Both the position numbers and the translations under genes were made by a program. Shown one piece after another: positions 50,780-63,223 of a DNA stretch of 64,000 nt (its first letter is position 1; every line of letters begins with the position of its first letter). Source of the stretch: Ginglymostoma cirratum (lineage: Eukaryota); assembly GCA_024137785.1 (NCBI GenBank), contig JAHRHZ010000003.1:13092761-13156760 (forward strand), read 5' to 3'. The notes below the pieces were generated by a model, which ran no database searches, was not told the origin of the DNA, and saw only the letters and a program-made list of their open reading frames with translations.

Positions 50780-51360
50780 ACGGCATAGACTATTATGCAC
50801 GTTGTGACAAGGGGCAGACAGTGCCAGAACAAGAGATGATATCGAACTTAAGTGAGATGTTAGTTTAGCCCAACTGAAGTGTTGCTTCCAGTTCTGGGTA
50901 CTGCACTTCAGAAGGCACCAAAGGCATATGAGAGGATGCAGAAAATATTGACGAGATTGGTTCTCTGGATGAGAAGTGTTAGTTTGAAAATAGGTTAGTC
51001 AGGCTGAATTCTTTTCCCTGAAGATGAAATGGCATGGAGGAGATCTGATTGAACATTTCCGATTGATGGACAAGGTAATTTGGGAGAAAATGCCCACATT
51101 TATGAATGGATCAAGAATGCAATTCAAAGTAATTAATGAAAGATGCATAAACAATATGAGGAAACACTTTTTCATAAAGTGGGCCATTTGTGCTTGGGGT
51201 GCAGTAACTGAGCATATGGTGGGGTGGGTTCAGTGAGGCTTTCAAAAGGGGATCAGGTGGTTCTTTGAAAAGGAAGAATGTGTAGCTTACAGGGTGAATG
51301 GCACAGATTTGGAGAGCTGCCACAGACACGGTAGGCTGAATGGCTTCTCTGTTGTATTAA
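50780..51360 (+). mobile_element. Old CR1 3' fragment
   Basis: GGDLIEHFRLM...MRKHFFIKWAICAW-like translation; tail ggctgaatggcttctctg. Confidence 0.7.
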
Positions 51361-52675
51361 CTCTGATCTGTAATAATTGTGAATCTGATTGAAAACTGAC
51401 TCTTAAAGAAAATTGTGTTTAAAGATTTTGAGAGATCAGTTTGGTTGGCTAGATGATGCATTGTATCCTATTCATGTGTGTTCCAATCGTACAAATCAGT
51501 TCAAAAGATTGGATAAAACTGCTCAGGGTACGTTTGGAACCATGACATCGATTGACAGATCTCCTTCCGATCTCATTTTTGGTTAGATGTTATAAACTTA
51601 AGCAGTGGTGACGTGAAAACACAACACATATATCTGCAAGAAAGGTTATGTTACTGCTGAAATCAGATCTGCAAATTCATAACATTTGACTTATAAATTC
51701 CTGGTAGTTGAAGAAACAAAGATACCACCTCTCAGTATCAGTGGCAGATCCATTCAGAAGAATTCAGCAGATGTTGAAGGACCAAAAAAAGTGGGAGGTG
51801 AAATGTTTGTCATTTTTAGTAACATATTGTCCATACTGTTGCGCTGAAGAGTTAAAAGTCCATAATCGGTGCTGGTGTTCAGAAAGTTTAATCACGTATT
51901 ACTCAAACTGGTAGTCTTTCTATGAAATTGATGACCTGAATGCCTCCTTAGGTACATGTATGAACAAACACACTCAGGCCCAATTGAAAGCAATATGAAA
52001 TACATTATATGGCTAAATTGCTGTGGTCACTTGAATATTATTTGTCAAGAAAACTTGATGAATTACAGCCCCAAGGACACTGGTGACTCGTTTTAAAATG
52101 AACGAGTTTGAGCCCTCTTTTATGCTGCCCCTTAACAAAAAAAGCACTTCCATTCCAAGCACTCCTGTCCTCACCTTGATAAAATGAAGTATGCTCGTTT
52201 GTGTGCATCAACAAATTACTGAGTAAACCTCTTGGGATTAGAACTTAATTCAAAGGAAGTCTTAGCATCATTAGTTAAGTTGCTAAGATGCAACGAACAA
52301 TGAATTTGTAGTATTGAATCAGAAAGGGATCAGTAGACCTGACTGGCTGTCTAACACAGACTACCCGCCTGGGACCTGGCTGTAGTGGCTGCCTTTCTAG
52401 CTTTTGTTTATTTTTCCTCCTTTGTGCTTCACAAGTAAATTAGGAGTTTCGAAGCACCAACCACTGAAGTGTTCCAATGTGTTCATTGGGCCATCTAATA
52501 GTGAAACCCCACAGAGCATGAAATGAAACGCTGCAGTTAATAAAAGTCACCTAGCTTGGAAACATGTCTTGAGTCAATATCTGAACAGGTTATACAAAAG
52601 ATGGGTGGAGGATGTGTTCCCTCCCCCTCTATTAATAGCACTTGGTCAGGTGAAACAGGTCTTGGGTAACTGGAT

Positions 52676-52708
52676 TGTGTGTGTGTGTGCGTGTGCGCGT
52701 GCGCACAC
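52676..52708. repeat. Alternating purine-pyrimidine microsatellite (TG)n/(CG)/(CA)
   Basis: tgtgtgtgtgtgtgcgtgtgcgcgtgcgcacac, 33 nt. Confidence 0.9.
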
Positions 52709-52999
52709 TTTTTCTGTTTCTGCATTAGTCCTTTTTGCCATGCACATCATTCAACCTGTTTCCCTCTGGAACCATGTAAGCCACGAATTTGCACGATAAA
52801 GATTTCAAGGCAATTCGTACATTGAACATTGAACAGCACAAACAATTTGGGATTACATTTAATTTTCAGATTGAATGGAGTTCTGTCCAGCCGTCTGATT
52901 TTATTTAGATTTGTTTAATATTGTTATTTGTACCCAGGTAAAGTGTGGATACTGTTGCCACGTTCCAGCACGGTCTTGAATTACTGAGTCAGTTGTATA

Positions 53000-53541
53000 A
53001 ACGGCACTATTTTAAGAGAGGTGGTGAGGGAAAGCCAGGGAACTGTAGACTCATAAGCCTGACATCAGTGGTGAGTAGATTGTCGGAGGGGATTAGGAGG
53101 GACAACATCTACAGGCATTTGGAAAATCAGAGACTGATTAGGGCTACTCAGCATGGCTTTGTGCATGGAAAATCGTGTCTCTGTAACTCGATTCAGTTTT
53201 TTTGAAGAAGTAACAAAGATTGATGGAAGCAGAGTGATGGATATTGTCTATATGGACTTAAGCAAGGCCCTGGACAGGATTCTGCATAGTAGACGGGTTA
53301 GCAAGGTTAGATCATGGGGAATACAGAGAGAACTAGCCATTTGGATACACAATTGGATTGAAGGAATGAGGCAGAAGATGGTGGTGAAGGGTTGCTTTTG
53401 GATTGGAGATCTGACTAGCAGTGTGCTGCAAGGATTGGTCGTGGGTCAACTGCTTTATGTCATTTAGATATACGACTTAGATGTGAACATGGGAGGTATG
53501 GTCAGTAGGATTGTTGATGACATGGAAATTGGTGGTGTAGT
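53000..53541 (+). mobile_element. CR1 RT fragment (its tail reappears at 55136-55155)
   Basis: KPGNCRLISLTSVV...QHGFVHGKSCL, FFEEVTK...VYMDLSKALD...VLQGLVVGQLL; tail tatgactctaagactcta at about 55138-55155. Confidence 0.9.
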
Positions 53542-55135
53542 GGGTAGGCGATGGCCTAGTGGTGTTATCACTAGACTATTAATCCAGAAACGCAGCTAAT
53601 GTTCTGGTGACAGTGTTTGAATCCCACCACGGCAGATGGTGGAATTTGAATTCAATAAAAAAAAGGGTCTGTAATTAAGAATCTGTTGATCACCATGAAA
53701 TCATTACGGATTGTTGGAAAAACCCATCTGGTTCACTGATGTCCTTCAGCGACGGAAATCTGCCACCCTCACCCGGTCTGGCCTGCATGTGACTTGAGAC
53801 CCACAGCAATGTGGTTGACTCTCAGTTGCCCTTTGAAATGGCCCAGCAAGCCACTCGGTTCTACCAGTCGCAACAAAGTCTCAAAGAAACGAAACCGGAC
53901 GGATCACCTATCGCCGACCCTGGCAATGGAAAATACAATGGCAGAAACAGCCTTGTCGACCCTGCAAAGTCCTCCTCGGTGAGATGTGGGGTTTAGTGCC
54001 AAAATTGGGCGAGTTGTCTCTCAGACGAGTTAAGCAGCAGCCTGACATAGTCATGCTCACGGAATCGTACCTTACAGACAGTGTCCCAGACGCCATCATC
54101 ACCATCACCATCCCCATCCCTGGATATGTCCTGTCCCACCGGTAGGACAGACCCAGTAGGGATGGTGGCACAGTGGCATACAGTCGTGAGGGTGTTTCTC
54201 TGGGAGTCCCGAACATTGACTCTGGACCCCGTGAAGTGTCGTGGCTTCAGGTTAAACATGGGCAAAGAAACCTCCTGCTGATTACCACATACTATCCTCC
54301 TTCAGCTGATGAATCGTCCGTGTTGAGCATAATTAGAGGAAGCACCGGGGATGTCAAGGTCTCAAAATGTAATCTGGTTGGGAGATTTCAATGTCCACCA
54401 CCAAGAGTGGCTCAGCAGCAGTACTACAGATCAAGCCGTTCGGGCCCTAAAAGATATAGCTGCTAGACTGGGTTTGTGGCAGGTGGTGAGGGAACCAAAA
54501 AGAGGGGAAAACATGCCTGACCTCATCCTCACTAATCTGCCAGCTGCAGTTGCATCTGTCCATTACAGAATCGGTAAGAGTGACCATTGCACAGTCCTTG
54601 TGGAGACAAAGTCCCACCTTCACATTGAGAACAACCTCCATCGTGTTGTGTGGCACTATCTCTGTGCGAAGTGGGACAGACTTCACACAGATCTAGCAAC
54701 TCAAGCCTGGACATCCATGAGGCGCTGTGGGCCATCAACAGCAGCAGAATTATGCTCCAGCACAATCTGTAACTTCATGGCACAGCATATCCCCCACGCA
54801 GCCATTACCGTCCATCTAGGGGATCAACCCTGGTCCAATGGAGAGAGCAGGAGGGCATGCCAGGAGCAACACCCAGGCATGCCTGAAGATGAGGTATCAA
54901 CCTGGCGAAGCCACCAAACAGGACTACTTTCATACCAAACAGCAAAAGCAGCAAGTGATAGACAGAGCTAAGCAGCCGACGGATCAGATGTAAGCTCTGC
55001 AGTCCTGCCACATTCAGTTATGAATGGTGGTGGCCTATCAAACAACTCACTGGAGGAGGAGGCTCCACAAATATACCCATCCTCAATGATGAAAGAGCAT
55101 ATCAGCGCAAAAGAGGAGGCTGAAGCATTCACAAC
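53542..55135 (+). mobile_element. 5' half of a CR1-group LINE: tRNA-like head, about 420-nt leader, APE endonuclease (stops and frameshifts), 3'-deleted
   Basis: A-box TGGCCTAGTGG (53552), B-box GTTTGAATCC (53615). From 53966: KVLLGEMWGLVPKLGEL...PDIVMLTESYL...IPGY...; then TYYPPS, LGDFNVHH, DLILTN and SDHCTV, all APE motifs. Confidence 0.9.
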
Positions 55136-57339
55136 TATATGACTCTAAGACTCTATTTTGGCACTGAGTGGGAACTCAGCTAATCTAGCAATGTACTGAC
55201 AAGGTAGTGCATCTTTGGCTGAATGTCAAGTTCTGTCAAATGTAACAGCATTTTAGTTCAATTTATAAATCCTCATTTTCTGCCATTTAGTTGCTTAAAA
55301 GCACACAATTTTCACACACTGGACTAAAAATTCATGGCGGGGAAATAAAGGGCTTTCATAGTCTCAAAAGAATTTTTATTTCTTCTGGGACAACCCAAAA
55401 AGCAAGCAAAATTCAATACTCTGAATTAATGCCATATCCCTGCTGCCCTACACCGGTAAACCTGGAGCTAGTGTATTTACCCTGCCTCCATGATCCTTCT
55501 GAATTTGCCATCAGTTTGATTTTCCTGTCATAAAGACAGTGAATGTGAACCTCAAAAGCATGTCCAATCCTGTGTTGGGCTTCAGACCTGAATTTTGCAT
55601 TGTGTATCCTGTCCACTAGTGCAACCAACTATTTTCATGTTCACAATATTACCTGCTGAAATGCAACCAATCTATTGTTAAAACACTGTGGCAGCCTGCC
55701 ACCTTGGACCTCGCACAAAATAATCCGAGTCTGTGGTGAGTCCTGTTGAATGACCATGCCTGCTGTACTCATCCAAGTGAGTACCTTCAGACCCTCGGAC
55801 CTGAAATATAAAATTTTTTTTAGCCCGTTCCTGGATTTGAAAATGGTCTTCGCCCTTTGTGTGAATTTCCTCCAGCTTTACAACACAACCTTGCTAATCC
55901 TTTGGAACAATGTTATTCTGTCTTGGGTCTCTGTGCATCTCTTCACGCTTTGTTCAGTTGACAGTATCTGAACTTTTAATTGCCCCCACTGTGTATGCTT
56001 TGAAGTTGGTTTTTTTAACAAAACTTTAAGTTCCCTTGTTGAGGCGTGACAGTCATTTTTCTTGCAGTATTGTATCAAATATGTTACATGGAGACAAATT
56101 GTTGTCCTTCATCTTCTGCCATTTATTTTTAAGTTCAATGTCAGGGGGCATCTAGATACAAGCTGCACGTAAAACAGATGCTATTGGTGCAGGCAGTTAG
56201 GATCACTGATCTTTGGTTGGTGAGAAACTGAACAGTGAAACATAGGAGATGAATAAGAGAGAAAGCAAAGTAACTTGTATGGGTGACAAAAGGAAGGAAA
56301 ATTGAACCAAATATGAGCTCAGTAGCATGTCTGTGCTTTGCAAGTATTACACCAACTCCATCCCCTGAAATTTCCATGATGGACAGTTTTTGAGAAGACC
56401 TTTTTGACTCCAGAGTGTCCTGTCTGATGGAGCAGCTTGTCACAGAAATCTGTTAGGATTTGTTATCCAGCTGAACTGGTTTCATAAGGTGGTTCACTGA
56501 TTGGCCTGGCTTTAGTTTCAAATATTGCTCACAGTGCTGAGTAAAAATCCTGTAGCAATTCAGCTTTTAAGCCCTAAAACTAGCCCATTTATCCAGGGAT
56601 AATTGATTCTGAAGCCTTACGGTTTAAGTAGATTATTATTGACATGAGTTAGAGAGCTGAGTCCCTAAGGCGGTTAGGTCAGAATGTCAGTTTCCCATTG
56701 ATCCATCCTACCGTGTATACTGCTTCAAGGATTCTGCCCTGTAGCTGGAGGAGAGTAGGGGTTTATTGCTGGTGAAGATGTCAGTGTGTTCTTAATTCAT
56801 TTAAAACAATGTCACCCGTGTCGTGCATGTACCATGAAATGCAGTTGATCGGTCATTTTCAGCTGACATTTTACAGTTAGTGGCTGAGAAGAAGGCAATT
56901 TGAGGGAATCCTGGTGTCTTTGAATACATAGCTGTTTGAGTTATGACCATGTTTTTCTGTGCTGAAGAAAAGACAGCATGGCTGTACCAGCACAGTGTGC
57001 GACATAAGTTGAAGAAATTGATTCAGTACCTTTTTATTTCTGACCTTCTAATTTACAGTTTCATCAGTTGGAAGCACTGATTAAAGAGCGGGCCTCTCGG
57101 TCCCAAGTTATACCGCTTGATGGAGATACTCCAAATGCATGTGCTTCAAGTTCAAGCCAACAATTTTGGCCCACCACACCCAGCCACTAGACTATATTAG
57201 TCTGCAATGCATGTGTCTTGTTTTGGGATAAATCTGCTTGAGATGGCTGATGGATTGGTTATTTCATTTCCTAAGAATACCAATGTCCAATTTGCAACTG
57301 TGATCCTTGTTGAGGGAAGGATAATCGACAGGCAAAGTA

Positions 57340-57455
57340 GGGCTTTTGTAGCACAATGGTCGTGTCCCTATCTCTGGGCCAGGAAGACCAGTTTGAAGTT
57401 CCACCTGCTCCCGAGATAAATCATAACATCTCTGAGCAGAATGATTAGAAAATTT
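57340..57455 (+). mobile_element. Short tRNA-derived SINE (same family as 16001-16118)
   Basis: gtgtccctatctctgggccagg...ccacctgctcc...aacatctctgagcagaatgattagaaaa. Confidence 0.7.
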
Positions 57456-57759
57456 CTAAGGGGCAGATGAGGTATATTCATGTTAGATGTATCAGCTTAA
57501 TACTTAGCTTGAAGCTCAGTGGGCCATCAGGAGCAGCTGAATTGTGCTCTGCCAGAATTTCTTGGCTTGATGTATCCTTCACTCCGCAACCACAATCAAG
57601 CCCGTGGACCTACCTAGTGCCTAGTGAGAGTAAGCGAGCATATGAGGAACATAACTAGGCACAGCTAAAAATTTGGTCACAACCTTAAGTTGTGACTTTT
57701 GAAGGCTGCAAACATCCAGATCAATGTAAGTCATTTGTTGTTGTTAAGCTAAATGATCT

Positions 57760-59165
57760 GCATTTGTCATAGTTCAGGAATTGGTTCTTACTCTGCTTTA
57801 GCCGAAAAAGCTAGTTGTTGGTGAGTATGTGGTAAGCGATTAAGGTCTATTCTGGTCCTAAGGTTAATGTAACTTGGGTACCGGCCGGGTCCAGGACAGG
57901 GCATTGTCACGACTGGAGCCACGGGTGGATTGCTGTGGTCTGGGCAGGGTCAGGGTTAGGAGCAGAACAAGGACCCCTGATTTCTCTCGCTGGCCTGTGG
58001 TATCAGAGGTGAGACTAATTAAATTTATTTAGCAAATGAAAATAAAGAATTGCATAAAATATGCAAGGAGTTAATTAAATCACATGAGGCACAGCAGGAC
58101 AAGTGATGTATCATGGCAGCAGCTTGTGGGATCTCTTGGATGCTATCGTGATCTGGAATAAATCTGTGTAAGTGGTTGCGTTTAGAGGAATTTCAGCATA
58201 GAGTTTGAGAGCTGGAGACTGAATTACAGATACTGTGATACGTCGGGGAAGGGGAGCATCGCCTGCATACTTGGTATTCGGAGGGAGCCACACACCCCTC
58301 AAGCCAGGATCTTCTGGTTTGGCAAGTGGTTAGAGACAGGTGAGTGTGACTGCAAGTGAGGCAGGTGAGAGTGTCCAGAGGGTAGGGGCCTCTGTTTGTT
58401 ACAAATTTGACAGAGTTACTGCTTGTGGGGATGGGAGTGAGGGCTGGAGGGTAGATAAACTAATAGCATGGGATGCAAGAAGACGCAAAACTGGGCAGTT
58501 GGGAGGGTGGGGGGCAGGTTGTGGATTTGGGGCGCACAAGGGAATGTAGTGGTAATGGGCCAGTATTGTGATCGGGATGAATGCAGTTCTGTGCATTGAA
58601 GAGCAAGAGTCCAGGAAACTGTTTTATCTGTCCAAAGCCAGATTTGACAGCATCTGCTCAGGGCTGGCTAGGAATTTGCAGTTGGGGAGCAAAGATCCAG
58701 TAGTCTTTGTTCACGTTGGTACCAATGACATTGGCAGGACAAGCAAAGAGGTTTCACCGATGAGAAACTAGGTGCCACATTCAAGAAGCAGAAACTGATT
58801 TGAAAATGATTCTGACTTGATGGAAGCATGTAAGAGGCTGAGGGGTCTTCACAGAGTAGTTACAGAAAGAATGTTAATTTCTCTGGGATAATTGATAATT
58901 TGGAGTAACCAGACCAAAAAGAGGACAATTTTTTGAGGGTCATGAATCCTTGGAGCTGTGCTCCTCAAAAGACGGTGGATGCAGAGTCATTGAATGTTTT
59001 AAAGGTGCAGTTAGATCCTTGATAAGCAAGGGGGTGAAAGGTTATCGGGGTCGGAAGGAAAATGGATTTGAGGTGATAATTGATCTAACTGTGATCTTTA
59101 TTAATAGCAAAGCAGGCTTGGGGGGCTGAATGGTCTTTGGCTGTTCCTGATTTCATATGTGCGTT
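57760..59165 (+). mobile_element. Internally deleted CR1: 5' UTR plus ORF1 remnant (zinc-finger/leucine-zipper and SGNH-esterase-like) joined to ORF2 3' end and tail
   Basis: DPVVFVHVGTNDIGR (CR1 ORF1 esterase motif) at about 58695-58740, followed within about 70 nt by gacttgatggaagcatgtaagaggctgaggggtctt (extreme ORF2 C-terminus) and tail gggctgaatggtct. Confidence 0.75.
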
Positions 59166-59357
59166 TGGTCCCAAGCATCAGATTTGACCTATGCTGCTGC
59201 TCTGTCACAGAGTTGGGAATAGTGGTGGATGATTAAAACAAATCACTGGAAGAGGCAACTATACTTGACTAAGACATGAGAATTCTCCTGTTTCTGAACA
59301 AATTCAAACTTTATTTGACTGTACAAGAATTGGATAAAAAAGTCGTAATACTATAAG

Positions 59358-59704
59358 TTTTTTTTTAATTCACTCACGGGATGTGAGCGTCTCTCGATAA
59401 GCCAGTATTTTTTTGACTGTCCCTAATTGTTAAGAGCTAACATGAACTGTGGGTCTGGAGTCGCATGTAGACCTGACCAGCTAAGGATGACAGGTTTCAT
59501 TCGGTAAAGGGCATCAGTAAACCAGATGGGCTTTTCCGACAGTCTACGATGGTATCGCGGTTATCATTAGACGCTTATTTCCAGATTCTTCATTGAATTC
59601 AAGGTCCATCATCTGCCACAGCTAGATTTGAGCCCAGGTTCTCAGAACATAAGCTGAGTTTCTGGTTGATAATCCAACGATAATACCAGTAGGCCATGCC
59701 TCCC
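59358..59704 (-). mobile_element. Near full-length bipartite SINE (tRNA head, LINE 5' UTR, LINE tail, poly-A)
   Basis: Minus strand starts GGGAGGCATGGCCTACTGGTATTATC, follows 53542-53825, and ends ...acgctcacatcccgtgagtgaattaaaaaaaaa. Confidence 0.85.
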
Positions 59705-60664
59705 CTCTAAATTAAACTCCAAGTTTAATAACTATACCCATGATATGTTTTCAGTGATAGGTTTTTCCTCTCCAGGCCTTTTTTCTTATAAGTCACGTCA
59801 GCCATTAAGTTCTGAATGAAGCCATATATCACAGTACCCTGCAAAACATTCTAATTTTCCTCAGGTCCAGTTAGTCTTTCTTAGATTTTCTAAATTAACT
59901 CTGAATGCTTCAGACCTCTGTCCTGCTTGCCATCTCAGTATTTCCAAGTGAATCTTCAGGCTGCTTTGTTTGTCACATCACTTCTGAGGGAGCGTGTACA
60001 TTTTTCAATGAGTTTCAAATCAGGCAACCTACCAGCTTTTGTTCTCTCGTAAAATTCAACCTGAAATTAGGCCTTGGGCGTGTTCCACCCCGTGACTCGT
60101 GAAGTGAATTTTTTTTGCTACGCGTACAGCACTGGTCCAGCCAACTACCGGTGACTTTGGCTATCCGTCGGTGATCTGCAAACCATGCCAGGTCCAACCT
60201 GCAGCACCTGAACCTGTATCTTTATATATGTCCCTGAGTATAACCCTAATCTGTTTCAATCTGTCCAGAACCATTAGGTTTAGAAATCTTGGCATTGTGT
60301 TCCATTTCTTCAGAAACTGTTTCCAGTTTACTTAGTTTACAATTTCAATTAGGTGGTGCATTGTTGAAGTTTCTCTACCTGCTGTTTTTGCATCTGTGTT
60401 TTTGTTCTGACCTAGTAAGTGTGAGAACCTAACTGCAATGCAATCATATCAAATATTATCCAGTTATAAAATAGATTCTACCAGTCTTCACCACCGCCAC
60501 CACCCCCCAAACCCCGGTTTGGCCAGTTAAACCTTGCATATTCTGAAACTTATTGAACCATCAACTTGACATTTGCAATATTGCAATATAAAGTGCAATC
60601 CACCTTCTTGATACCAACGCTTGAAGTCGTTGCAGTCATTTTGAGATAGAAACACCAAGCAGAT

Positions 60665-62170
60665 CTTTCGCGGCATGCTCCTGAAGTCCCCAGAATCAAA
60701 AATGTCAGTCTGCAGTCAATTCAAGTCAGTCGATGTGATGGCTGAAAACACTGGCAACAGTAAAGGGGTGTGACCCCTGATAACATTTCAGCGCTCTTGT
60801 TGAAGACCTGCTCAAGTGCTAGCTGTGCCCTTTGCCAAGCTAGTCCAGTACAACTTTAACAATGACTTACAATGTGGGAAGTTACCCAGATATTGCCTGT
60901 CCATAAACTAAATGAATAGATCCAGTCAGTGTAATGCCAGCCTATTAGTCATTCTAAATTATCAGCAAAAGGGATGGAACGTGTGATAAAATTACATAGC
61001 TTTCAAATAGCAGTTATTCTGCTACAAGTTGTTTTGTGATGGTCAGTTCAGCCTCTTTCAGGGATACTGAGCTCAGGTATCATCAAAGCAGCATTGGCCA
61101 AATGAAGCACCAAGGGACTCGATTCTGATTGAAGCCAGTAGGAATTGAGGGAAAGTCTCCACTGACTGAGGTCATAGACAGTGCAGAGCAAAATGGCTGT
61201 GCTTGTCAGAGTCCAGCTTGGTCCCCGGATGGTGTGGGGTTTGTTAGGTTTGTGTCCTCGACCAAGCATCCTACTGTTTGTTCGATGACTTTCCCTCCAT
61301 TCAAGTCAGAACTCGGGATTTGTGAGGAGAAAGTTGAACATCAGATTGACTGATGAGCCCCCCATGGTCCAGTGCCATTGGCAACTCCTCATGGACTACA
61401 TGAAGTAGCCCATGGTTTGCTTGAGGCAAGGTGCAGGCAGTACTCAGAAATTGGCTGTTACCTAGTAAGTAACGTCTGTGCATTAGAAGTGTCAGGCAAT
61501 GAATCTCTTCAACAAGAGGAGATGTAACCATCAACCTTTGATTTGCAGTAGTTTTCCCAACACTCCATTTCCCTGTCATCAAGATCGCAGGAGTACTTAT
61601 TGACTAAAGCTTGACATGGAATAGCCAAATAAATACTGTGGCAGAAGATTAAGTCAGAAGCTGGGAGTTGTGTGGCAGATAACTCCCCTCTTCCACAAAT
61701 TCTGCATATTTTGTACAAGACACAAATCACGAGTGAATGGAATGCTCTACGCTCGTCAACAAGACATAACAAGCTTGACACCATTCAGTACGAAGCAGCC
61801 CATCAACTAAGCATTCACCAGTGGCAGCAGTTTGTACCATCTGCAGGATGAACCGGAGCAGCTTACTAGACCTAATTCAGTAGCATTTCCTGAACTCTGA
61901 GCCTTTACCACCTAGAGAAACGAGCGGCAGATGCGTGGGAGCATATCTCCCTCTTGAGTCGCACACTTTTTCCTTACTTTGAACTATCTCACTGTTCCTT
62001 CATTGTTGCTTGTTTAAAGTCCTGGAACTCCTTTTCCCGTCAGTACTCTGTGTGTACCTTTGCAAGATGAACTGCAACATTTGAAGAAGCCAGGTCGTCG
62101 TCACCTTCTGGAGCAGTTAGGAGTTAGGCATTAACTGACTGCCTTCCAGTGAGGCCACACCCAATGACCA
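60665..62170 (+). mobile_element. tRNA-headed CR1-group LINE RT and 3' end (upstream pieces of probably the same copy at about 57515-57720 and 59170-59290)
   Basis: cagtcaattcaagtcagtcgatg...gcccttgccaagct-like...caacatttgaagaagccaggtcgtcgtcaccttct; collinear with 21480-23015. The upstream pieces match 54725-55065. Confidence 0.75.
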
Positions 62171-63223
62171 AGCCACGTGCACAATTCCCCTACCATGCGG
62201 AGTGAGTCACACTGAAATACTTGCACCTCAAACGCTGCTGTTATTTGGAAATTATTTGGAGTTCTTCGTGATGGAATAAGCCAACTGCTGTTCAGAGCTG
62301 TACAGCACTGAAAGCAACTCCAGATTTACTGTTTTCTCTTTGATATGGGAGGTATATTTCATTCTGATCCAAACCTGCAGTTGAGCTTCACAAACATGAG
62401 CTTCCTAGCTCGGGTGAAGACGAAGCAAATGATTTTTTTTCATTCTCAGTTTGTGTAAAATTTTTCAGGTACTTATTGTTTTGTATACATTGAAGATTAT
62501 CCATAATATTCTCCTACTAAACAAATGATATCTTGCCTCCACGTTAATTTAACAAATATTCACATTGATCAAGCACTATGCGAGGTTGAAAAGCTTGAAG
62601 GTGCTGTTCTTGAAGACTCGTCCCTCAGTTTCCCTGCTGTGATGCTGTAATTCTAAGCCCTAAGTGTCCTTCCTGAATCAGAATTTATCCCGTCCTTTTT
62701 TGAAAACATTATCTGGGACTGTTGTTCAATTGCTCTTTTCTCTCCACAAAAAGTGTTTCTTAAATTTTCTGTATCTTCTTAACCTTCTTTAATTTAAATT
62801 GCGTAGTTGAGTGCTTAAAGCTTCATGAACAAATTAAGATGTGTTCCGAATTCACATAGTCATTACTGTGAAAAGCTTCCAGTTTTGTTTCAGTCGGCAC
62901 TACTCCAGAGGCTGAAGTCCAAGGCTCGGCGATCTTTTAATGTAACTGAGCTGTCAAAGTTCAGAAATAAACTTATTGGTCTCTGTGGATTCCTTCCAAG
63001 AATTCATTATATAAAACAGCCCAAAACTTGATCCTCATTAAGGTTACATTCAACTTATCATCATACCCTTTGACCTGCAAGTCATAAATCTGAAGACACA
63101 TCCTGATGTTTTTGCTGTTTTAAATTGCCTGCCAACACTGACTTCAAGGCTTTGACATGCGATTCATCAAGGCTGGAAAATTTATTGTTTTGTTTCCTCA
63201 TGTTACCTTTTCTCTCATCGTGT

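Noticed and set aside
54351-54971. 206-aa ORF as an intact endonuclease gene
   Set aside because: It is part of a LINE ORF broken by an upstream TAG and by frameshifts on both sides.
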